DNA of 63,995 nt, the filler included, from Folioceros fuciformis (Eukaryota): assembly GCA_049999805.1 (NCBI GenBank). It is 5 parts of 4 records of this genome, joined end to end, with 100 filler letters (N's around TTAATTAATTAA, not from the genome) between each part and the next. Parts side by side here need not be neighbours in the genome. Positions count along the whole stretch, not along the records: positions 18,335 to 49,499 come from JBNGIO010004643.1; positions 49,600 to 56,700 come from JBNGIO010004650.1; 3 more parts are not named here. One strand, 5' to 3'. This document shows, one piece after another, positions 40,017 to 50,016 of this stretch. Under the pieces are notes generated by a model. It was not told the origin of the DNA. It searched no databases and saw only the letters and a list, made by a program, of their open reading frames with translations. Numbering within the stretch: the stretch's first letter is position 1; every line of letters begins with the position of its first letter. A program made the position numbers and the translations under genes.

Positions 40017-40077
40017 CTTAACCGAGGCTTCTGTATCTACTAGATAGAGAAGCCTTGGTTAAGCAATTTATTCCTAG
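40017..40077 (+). mobile_element. Putative Helitron 3' terminus (hairpin + CTAG|T)
   Basis: A 23-bp stem with 2 mismatches (cttaaccgaggcttctgtatcta-c-tagatagagaagccttggttaag, 40017-40063), a 10-nt spacer, then CTAG at 40074-40077 followed by T. Confidence 0.55.
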
Positions 40078-40601
40078 TAGTAATAAATGTGTGCACATTG
40101 TTGGAACCTTGGAAAATGACAACGGCTAACAAGCCCTAAACACAACACCAGCACCTTGATCCATACCCAATCCAAAAACCCAAACTTAACGAATAGATAA
40201 ACGAGGTTCAATCTCATAGACTAAATAAACCTTAGAAGTAACCATAATTGTTTCTTGTAATTGTAAAATAGTGTAAGGGGTTTACCCTTAGGGTCCCAAT
40301 CATTTATCTTCCTCTTGAGGGGTGGATGGGTTTTCCATCTTGTTTTTCTAAAATAAATGAAAGTCGTACTAAATAGCTCTTATATGAGGTAGTACTAAAT
40401 AGCTCATATAGCCCTAAACCAAGTTGGATTGTGTGTGTGACTGATCGGATTGAACTGTCGTGCGGCTGATGCAACCATCGCTCGTGCCTAACTTCTTTGA
40501 GTCGTCGTATTTGAGTCTTTGCACGCAGGCGAGGGATGATGTGCTGTCGAAGGTGGAGCAATATGACTCTGCTAGCTCAGAGGCCATGGTGGGGTTGGGG
40601 G

Positions 40602-40836
40602 CTCCCTCCTCATTGTGCATACCAAGGCTACTAGTCATCTTTTCACTCTTTGGTGGCTCCCTTCACACGAGATCAACGAAGCGAGCAAAGCTTTGTTTAT
40701 CCCTTCTCACTTGATAGGAATGGGTGATCACAACTCATAATACATGATGCCTCCCCTTGAGTGCTTCCTCCTTGTCGTGCACACCAAGGGTACTAGTCAT
40801 CTTTCTACTCTTTGGTGGCTCCCTTCACAGGAGATC
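40602..40836. repeat. Diverged ~73-bp direct repeat inside the TE island
   Basis: ...gtgca(t/c)accaagg(c/g)tactagtcatcttt..actctttggtggctcccttcaca(c/g)gagatc at ~40602-40674 and ~40764-40836. Confidence 0.75.
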
Positions 40837-41001
40837 GGCCAAGCCCCCCTTAATTTGCTGCCTAACTTTCAAGCAAGCCAGATTAACAAAGATCTGCACA
40901 AACTTCATCACACAACACTATCCTCAATCTACATTGTCCATCAAATAATCTTCCCTTCATAATGTATCAATTGACCCTAAACATTGGATAAAACCATTAC
41001 A

Positions 41002-44000
41002 TGTTGGGAATTGCTTCCAATGATGGTTCCAGACAAAAAATGTGCCCCCTTGTCATTGCATTTGTCACACAACAACATACAATGATCTATTAAGAAATAG
41101 ATTTAGACTTATTTATACATTACATATTTAGGTTAAATACTAGCCTTAGTTTTAGCTCTAATTTATGAACCAGTAGGCAGTTGAAACTGTTATCAATGCC
41201 AACAAATGTAACCCAGTCAGTTTCTCAAAATATACACAGGTTTGTGCTACACGTCTGTTGCGCGCGATCAGCCTCAATTTCCTCACTACAATCATGTCTA
41301 GAAATTCAACATGGTATCAAAGCCTCTAGGCTTGATATGTGCGTAGCTATCTAGCCCATCTACTCTGTTAATTCGGCTAAACATGAATGGTTGGTTACCT
41401 CTAATCCTATCTATTCGGCAAGATGCCTCGCATGCACACTTATAGGCAATCTTGTCTAGAGTTCACAAGTAGAGGGAAGTGTCTATGCCCTGAGTCAAGC
41501 TTCAAGCATCTCTATTTCAAGAAGAATGCAACTTACATAAAGAAGGAAGAAAGGGAGTGGTTCCTCATTACCTTCCTGAATCTTCAAGCATCTACACCAA
41601 ACAACTTTCCGCTAGTAGCAAAATCATCCAAACGCTCATGCCTTCCAAGGATTCCACATGCTCACAAGTTCAAGCCTCACCTCAAGAATTTTATGGAACA
41701 CCAAGTTATCCTTGATTCAATCCTGAACATGAAAGTCATATGCTAGAGTTTGCAACTCGCGTTGATGGACTTCAATCCCGACTGGAACTCCTTGAACGAC
41801 ATCACTCCTCAGACCTGTCAACAATAGCCAGACACGAGAGCCTAATTCAGGACTTGAGAGAGCATCTTGCTCTCCATCCCTCCTCACACTAATTGTACAA
41901 AGGTCTCACCAGGCATCTTGTTGTAGGGATATTAAAGCTCAATGTGCTTAGACTAATGTGTTTAGTCTAAGATTAGTGTCTAGTTAACTATCATTCGTTT
42001 AGATTAGCTTAAGCTAATATGTAGGAAGCTTCTTGCGCAACTTCCTTTGTGCTTCTTGTGAAGCCTCCTAAAGAGCTATTCTAGAGGGTATAAATACCCC
42101 CTTGAGCTCCCTTGCAATGTGAGACATTTGTGAAAGTGTGACCGCTCTTTCTCCTCTCCTCCTTGCTTCCTCCTCTCCTCCTTCACCATGTGGCTCCTCT
42201 AGCGATCCTTCAACTGGTATCATAGCGCAGGTGTGGAGCAAGATGGTGTTGGTTCTAGGTGATGGCTCGAGGTGATCATGTCGGCAGGTGCTGCGGAGAG
42301 AGGACCGTGAGGAAGGGCATCTAGGAGGAGCACGGGGCTCCGAGAGCTCGTACACGGTGCAGGCGCCTGGACGCAGGGAGAGCAGGGTGCCTGGGGCGCC
42401 AGAGCTCTAGCCCGCAAAGTGCAGGCACAACAAGCCCGCGAGGGCGCCAAGAGGTGGATGCCCCAGCCCCAAGGCATAGCTAGGCCCCGACCTAGACGCG
42501 GGCGGCCCGGGCCGTCAGACCCCGTACCATACATTTATTACTAGCCAGAATGGCCCTATGCGGACTGCACATGTTGCTGTTGCTGCTAGAAGTGTAAGCA
42601 CCATCACCATTGAAGAGGTAATCGGTGCCTTGTACCAGGAAGAGCAGAGCAGAATGTTTTCGATGGGAGCTCCTAAAAGCAGAACAGAGAAGGCATTAGC
42701 AACAAATCATAGGACATTCAAAGGAAAAGGCAAGGCAGGAGGTAAACCTGTGCAAACTTTTGATTTCTCTGGCCCATCTAAACCACCTGGAAATTTCAAC
42801 TGGTGCGGCATAGCCGGTCATTAGGCTTGAGAATGCTAGAAGAAGAAGGCAGGAGAACCTCGAAGAATTCCTAAGAATACCGCAACTATTGTGATTAAGG
42901 AGAAGAACATATGTGACACCAAACCAGCGGTGAAGATACTTACAATCTACCTCGCTAGATCCATAAGTGATGAGGATGGCTAGTATTTAGACTCTGGTGC
43001 CATGTCACACATCTCCAAAAACAAGGATTAGTTCTATATGCTAAAAGCTGATCACACAGCTGAAAGAGTTCTATTGGAAGATGAAAGGAACCATTCCAAT
43101 CTCCCTATTCTAGGCTATGGGACGTGCAAGTTCACACTTCACGATGGATCCATTCTTACCCTGGATGGCGTTCTCTGTGTACCCTCCATGGCCAAGAATT
43201 TGTTTTCTCTTAGCAAGCTAATGCAATTGCGCATATATGACATGAAAGCCAGTGAGGACATCTGTCTTTTCTACAAAAGGTCAGATCCATCCATGTTGGT
43301 GTTCAAAGGTACCCTTGATCATGATCTCTATAGACTTGATATCTGTACCCTTCGTCATAAGGCAAGCTTAGTCTCCAAACATTCCCAACGCCTTACTGTC
43401 ATGTGGCATGCCAGGCTTGGTCACGTTAATAAATGAAAACTGGTAGACATGTCTCTTCAAGAGTGTTATTTAGAACCCTTACCTCAAGTCTTTAAGGATC
43501 TACCATCTTGTGAAGCCTGCATTGTTGCAAAATAGAAGGCTCATCCTTTTCCAGTTGCAGCATCCTACAGAGCCACGAATGTGTTAGAACTAGTGCATGC
43601 AGACATATCTAGAAAAATACAAATCCCATCTCTGGGAGGTTCCATATATTACCTATGCATCATAGATGATTACTCTCGCTACACTTGGACATATCCAATG
43701 CAACTGAAGAGTGACACCTTCGAGCTTTTTCGAGAATGGCTGCTGATGGCTGAAAAACAGACATGACATTTCGTTAAATATATCCAGACTGACAATGGAA
43801 CAAAATTCCTGAACTATGCTTTTGATACATTCCTCCAAGAGAGAGGGATTCAACGTCAACTCACAGTCCCTTGTACACCACAACAGAACGGAGTGGCAAA
43901 GCGGAAAAATCAAGCTCTATTGTCTATGACTAGGAGTATGCTGTTATGGGCAAACTTACCTCAGGAGTATTGGGCTGAAGCTATTGTTGTTGCTACATAC

Positions 44001-45262
44001 ATCCTGAATCGACTTTTCACTAGCTCCGTTCCTTCCAAGACCCCATATGAAGCATTCTGGAAATGAAAACCTAGTTTGCTGCACTTACGAGTATTTGGTT
44101 CTCATGCTTTTGCTCTCATACCAGAGGAGAAGAGAAAGAAACTAGATCCGAGAGCCCAAGCACTTGTCTTCGTTGGCTATAGTGAACAGTCCAAAGCATA
44201 CAAACTGTATGATCCTGAGAACAGGTGAGTAGTGTTAGCACGTACTGTTACATTTCTTGAGGTTGATAAACCAATAGGGTTTTTTGAAGCTAAGGGAGTA
44301 ACTTTACCTGAGACAGGGGAAAATACTTTTCATTTTCCAATGGACGAATCTCAGGATGAGGAAGATGTACAGGTTGGTCAGCCAGTGACCCAACCACCTC
44401 CTCATCTTGGTCAGCCAGTTGACCCAATACTTCCTCCTTCTGGATTAGTACCTGATCAACCACAAGCTATCATTCTTGATCCAAATTAAGCTGATCCACC
44501 CATAAACCCAGCTGCCGACGAAGCTGAGGGAGCTTTGAATGACGAGATATATGTACCTGAAGGAGATGATGAAGACCATGCTCCAGTTGTTCCTGATGAG
44601 GATCCAGATCCCCCTTTGCGAAGGTCAACAAGGACAATGGAAAGAGCCAAGATATGAGTCAATGACTTCAAGACAACCTATACAGACATTTGCCATTCTG
44701 CATCTAGTACTATACATCTGGAACCAAAATCCCTCACATAAGCATTCTCAGGGTCTTAAAGGGACAAATGGAAATTTGCTGTTGACGAAGAGTATAATTC
44801 TCTAGTGAAGAACAAAACTTGGACATTGGTAGACTTACCTCCTGGCCAAAAACCTATCTCCTGTAAGTGGGTATTCAAACTAAAGCTTAATGCGAAGGGA
44901 GAGATAGCAAGGTATAAGGCCAGATTGGTCACAAGGGGATTCACTCAGGTAGAAGGACTAGATTATCAAGAGACATTCTCACTTGTTGTGAGAGCACAAT
45001 CCATAAGAATGATTTTTGCCCTCGCAGCTGAATTCGACCTACACCTATAACATATGGATGTCTGCACGGCATTTTTATATGGAGCGCTGAATGAGGATCT
45101 CTATATGATACAGCCTGAAGGTTATGAGAATCCTAAACACCCTAAGAAAGAACTGAAGCTACTAAAGACCATTTATGGTCTAAATCAGAGTGGTCGAGTA
45201 TGGTATCTCACCATTCATGAGTACCTTATAAGCAGTTCCTTTGTCTAGAGTTCTGCAGGTAG
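41002..45262 (+). mobile_element. Decayed Ty1/copia retrotransposon (host element): putative 5' LTR ~41002-41311, PBS 41312-41324, gag-PR-INT-RT with many stops; 3' part missing
   Basis: TG...CA LTR followed by tggtatcaaagcc (tRNA-iMet PBS). Coding remnants: zinc knuckle WCGIAGH, protease YLDSGAMSH, WHARLGHVN, integrase LELVHADI/IIDDYSRYTW/QQNGVAKRKN, RT NKTWTLVDLPPGQKPISCKWVFKLK...YKARLV...MDVCTAFLYG, in copia order. Confidence 0.92.
41922..42533 (+). mobile_element. Nested truncated copia fragment: LTR (41922-42212) + PBS (42215-42226) + GC-rich leader
   Basis: LTR starting TGTAGGG is clearly homologous to the LTR at 45263. It is followed by PBS tggtatcatagc and interrupts the host gag region. 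Confidence 0.85.
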
Positions 45263-47905
45263 TGTAGGGTTAATAATGCCCAATGTGCTTAGACTAATGT
45301 GTTTAGTCTAAGATTAGTGTCTAGTTAAGTACCATTAGTTTAGATTAGCTTAAGCTAATCTGTAGGAAGCTTCTTGCGTAGCTTGATGTGCTTCTTATGA
45401 AGCTTCCTAGAGAGTTCTTCTAGAGGGTATAAATACCCCCTTGAGCTCCCTTGCTATAGAGACTCATTGTGAGAGTGCGACCTCTCTTTTCTCCTCTCCT
45501 CTCCTTCACCATGGAGCTCCTGTAGCGATCCTACAAGTGGTATCAGAGCCAGGTTTGGAGCAAGTTGGTGATGGCCAGGATTGCTGCAGGCAAGGTGCAC
45601 AAGTCGGCTTTGGAGTCAGCACGCTACTGGGTGCAAGGGATCTCCAACCGAGCGGGAGTAGAGCAAGAGTCGGAGACCCGGCCACGAGCGCAAAACGAGC
45701 GCAGTGCACCCAGGTGCCTGCCATCCCGCAGGGTGTGCCCTAGGAGTGGGGCGCAGGAGGCGAGGGCACCCGGGCACGGGTGCCCAAGGTGCCGCAGGGC
45801 GTAGAGGCGCCTAGGCAAAGTGGGCGCTAGGCCGCAGTCGCCGGCGGGCCGTTCGAGCTGCCAGCCCAGGCCCAGCGGGGCCGTTAGCCCCGCGGGCAGG
45901 GGGGCTTTAGGCCCCCAACGGGGGCTCCAGCCCCGTAGGTGGGGCGTCCAACCCGCGCAGGGGCGCAGGCCCCGGTCAAGGGCTCCACCAGGTGCGGTGG
46001 GCGCCAGGTGAGCGTCACCAGCCCGCGGCCCCGGCTTGGGGGGCCAGGACGCGGCCAGGGGCGCTGCCTGACGCGGGACGCCCAATCGCATTGGGCTAGC
46101 GGGCAACATAGACAAGGCCAGCGGGCCAGTCGAGCCAACGGAAGTCAAGGAGCAAGTAACACAAGCAACGCGGGTGCTAACGACGCGAGTGCGCGCTAGT
46201 TGGGATCTTGGCCGCGAGGCAGCGAGATCTCAATCGGAGGATTTAGGCCTGTCGAGTCGGCTTGTGGACAACCGATTCAAAACGAGAGTGAGGGTAATAG
46301 AATCTACATTTCATTTCGATCGCTTTCTAACTAGCCTTTTGGTTGATTTGCATCGATTTTGAAACATGATGTCCTCAGAAAACGTCATGTTCAAGATCGA
46401 GAACTTAGATGGTACTAACTTCCCGTTCTAGAAAGAACAAGTGTATAATGTTCTAGTACAGAAGAAGCTGATCAAGCCCACCAAGTTGCTAGGATTGAAA
46501 CCTGTTAGCATGACTCAAGATGAGTGGCGGGATCTAGATGAGCTTGCTAGGTCTACCATCATGCTAACATTGTCGAAGTCAGTCTACTTCAACGTGAAAG
46601 ACAAGACCACAAGTTTCGAGCTATGGCATAAGTTGTGTGGCCTGTACGAGAAGCAAAGTGTGTCTTTTCAGGTGTACTGGATGAAACAGGTAGTGGACTT
46701 GAAGATGAAGTTAGGGACGAGGATGTCCGATCATCTGAATGAGTTCAATACCATTTTCAGCCAGCTCTCATCTCAAGGTATCTCGTTCCTAGATTCCGTA
46801 AGAGCTATGTTTCTGTTGGTCAAATTACTAGAGAGCTAGGACACTTTTCGTACAGCTCTGAGTAATTCCGCTCCTGCCAGTGGTCTTATTGTTGTAAATG
46901 TAGAAGGTAGCCTGTTAACAGAGGAGGTGAACATGAAGAGTATGGAACCCTCAAAAGGTTTCAATGCCCTCATGGTGAGAGGAAGGTCCACTTCAATGGG
47001 GAAGTACAAGGAGCGAAAACGTTCCCGTAGTAAATCTCGTAGTCCTAACAATGTTGAGTGTTACCGTTGTCACAAGAAGGGTCACATCAGAAGGGACTGC
47101 GAGAAGTTCAAGAAGGACAAAGGAAAGCAAAAGAAGCAGAGCGACAACAAGGAAAGTCCGAGTGTCAAGCATGATGAGGTGAATTATGTTGATGATGGAG
47201 ATGTTCTTACCTCTTCTTCCTTCGATTCTGCATAGCTGACAGCCGTGGAGAGTCACTTATTCTCTAATTGGATAATTGACTCTAGAGCATCTTTCCATGT
47301 TACTCCGCATCGGGAGTGGTTTAGCACTTATGATGCTACTAGAAAAGATGTGTTCGGCTTGGAAATAACTATGTGTGCGAGATTGCAGGCGTTGGTGATG
47401 TGCAGCTGAAGTTCGACAATGGATCTTCATTCACACTGAAAGATGTTCCGAAGTTGACAAAAAGCATGATTAGCGCAGGGCAGTTGGATGACGCTGGCTA
47501 CCATTGTTGGTTTGGAGATCGTTCTTGGAAGATCTCCAAAGGTTCTCTTATGTTAGCTCGTGGATCGAAGTGTGGCACTTTGTACTCACTTCAGGTAACC
47601 ACTGTCAAGGATCATGTGATTTGTGTAACGGAACAGCCAAGTGTTTCCTTGTGGCATAGCCGGTTAGGACATATGTCTCAAAAAGGAATGAAGATCTTAT
47701 CTCGTTTTGGTTACGTCCCTACTTTTGACTTCTCCGATTTCTCCGTGTGTGAGCACTGTTTGTATGAGAAACAAACGAAGTCACCACATAGAGCAAGAGG
47801 TAAACACAAAAGTAAACCTCTTGAATTGGTTCATAGTGACGTTTGTGGACCTATGCCCACTGTATCGTTAGGCGGTGCATCCTATTTTGTCACTTTCATT
47901 GATGA
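45263..47905 (+). mobile_element. Second Ty1/copia element (Tnt1/Tork-like): 5' LTR 45263-45535, PBS 45538-45550, GC-rich leader, gag-PR-INT N-terminus; truncated in integrase
   Basis: TGTAGG...CCTACA LTR with TATA box and PBS tggtatcagagcc. Coding remnants FKIENLDGTNF, DELARSTIMLTLS, CYRCHKKGHIRRDC, WIIDS, LWHSRLGHMSQKGM and LELVHSDVCGP...YFVTFID, after which copia similarity stops abruptly. Confidence 0.93.
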
Positions 47906-48301
47906 AACACGGTCTACGCCTAACGGTCGTATTCCATGAAGCCCGTTTGGTGCACTTTTGAATTTACACCATCCTGGTCACATATCCACATTTAAGCTAT
48001 TTTTTTAAAAACATATTGTTTGGACATGTCGTGGACACCACACATCATAAAAAATGTCTAAACCAACTCAATCCAATTGAGGCATAAAGTAGACGACCGA
48101 TTAAATTTTGCCTAAAAACCGAATCCTCCTTCGAGTGCACCGGTCTACCGGCGCACTAAATAGCGTGGTTCACTAAAAAGAACCTGGCTAAGTGCCTGCT
48201 AAGAATAAAAAACCTTTACCAATCACTTTTAAATAAAGGCATATTGTACCACAAACTGCAAGTATTTTCAAATCATTCAAGTCATGTACGTCTTGGATGG
48301 C

Positions 48302-49499
48302 CTAAGAATCGACAACTATCTTTACATCCTTCAAGCGCTGGCCCTTTGTGTCGCCGAAGTCGTCTCCTTCCACCTCAAGAACCGAGAAATGAGGATCGTC
48401 CACTGTCTGAGGCGGAAGCGTGCCATTCTCATCCCAAACGGTCATAGCATACAGATCTTCCGCTGGTCTGTCATCTGAGTGAGTAATAACTTCACCTTTC
48501 TTCCCCAGCAAACTGTACACCTGCATCTGCCGATCCACGCTACCGTCGGCACAAACTTCTTTAGCCCAAAACTTTGTGGGCCCATGAGAGAATGGGTCTG
48601 TGCTAATTTCTTCATCACCGTCTGGCAAAGAACCAAGGCCATTCACTATCTGCATCATGTATGTCGTGCATCGTATATCGATGTCCATCGCGACAACATG
48701 CCTCCCCCTTTGAATAGCAGCCTGAAGGAACGATCCGGATCTTGCGCAGGCATCCACTACCCAGTCTCCTTCAACCAAAAACATGTTCACAAGCATTCCC
48801 ATTAACCCCAACAGCTTCTGATATGGGGAGACGACCATCGAATTGGCCGAGTGAAAAAGATGTTTTTTCACGACAGCCCCATACCTTATCACTCTCGGCA
48901 GAAGAGATCCCTGATTCGCAAATAAGGCTGCTTTGGTGGTATGAGCTGCCGAGTGGACTGCACTTCCAACTGTCAGGTACTCCACAGTCTCTACTGCCCC
49001 TGCATTCGGAGGAATGTTGGTCTTTTCCCAAACCAATGTCTGTATGGTGTCTTTCTTGCACCATGGCCTAAGTTCCTCTCTCGCCTATGAGATGAGGTCA
49101 ACCCCATGCATGAGGACCACTCGATAAACATTGCTACTTGTGCATTCAGAAAACCCCTTGATCATGTCTTCAAGGTCCTCGCTAGTCAACTGCCTGTCAT
49201 AATCATGTTGTTGGAGACCACGAGGCAAATCAGCGAACAATAGGGTATAAGGTCTCTTTACCAGAAATCCGCTCATCTCCAGAACGCTTCTTTGTATCAC
49301 TTGATATTTCGTTTTTTGGTTGCTGTTGGGGACCCTGAACTCTGACAAACCAGCATCCATATCGGTGTCCGCTAGTTTCTGCTTCTCCTCTTCTAACCGT
49401 TTCCAGTTCCTTGCTGAGTACACGTAATCCTGGAATGGCTTGGGCAACGATTCCAGGTCGTTTATATCTGTAGGTTTCTACCAACAAATATCTTGGTCA
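48302..49499 (-). pseudogene. Decayed beta-class N4-cytosine/N6-adenine DNA methyltransferase-like reading frame (N6_N4_Mtase-like); 5' end lost in the gap
   Basis: The ORFs 49085-49447 and 48302-49036 are in the same frame, separated by one TAG (49085-87); another TAG lies at 49478-80. Motifs in beta-class order: YTLLFADLPRG (DPPY-like motif IV), LVWEKTN, SPYQKLLGLMGMLVNMF (QKP-like motif X) and EGDWVVDACARSGSFLQAAIQRGRHVVAMDID (motif I/II). Confidence 0.75.
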
Positions 49500-50016
49500 N
49501 NNNNNNNNNNNNNNNNNNNNNNNNNNNNNNNNNNNNNNNNNNNTTAATTAATTAANNNNNNNNNNNNNNNNNNNNNNNNNNNNNNNNNNNNNNNNNNNNG
49601 TATGATGATCCGAAGGAGGAGAAGCTGGAGTGGGACAAGTTAGGGGCTAGTACGGTTGTGGCGGATGGTGAAGTATTGGCGGAGGCGGGTAAGGACAGGC
49701 CGAAGAAGAGACGGGAGGAAAGAACAGGAGATGGGAGCCGTGCGTGATTTGAGAGGAATGGCTTAACCGTAAGCTGCGTTGAGCAGTGTCAAGTAGATGT
49801 GATGTCAGATCGGGAACCAGCGGCTTTCATTTTCTGGCGGCACCGGCCGCATGAGGCCAGCGGACGCTAATGTCGGACAGGGACCATGCAGCCAAATGGG
49901 GTGGAGTCATGGATGGAGACTGGTAGAAGATGTGGTATGACTAGCTCAAGCTTTGGGTACCAATGCTTAGTGTGGAGATGATGAAGTGGTCTGGTTGAGC
50001 TCTCTGCGCGGAGGGG

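Noticed and set aside
41922-45535. Single intact LTR element bounded by the two similar LTRs
   Set aside because: Both LTRs are followed by a PBS and leader, no polypurine tract precedes the second, and the enclosed pol lacks the RT end and RNaseH.
45441-46362. Pro/Gly/Arg-rich ORFs on both strands
   Set aside because: GC-rich untranslated leader of the copia element.
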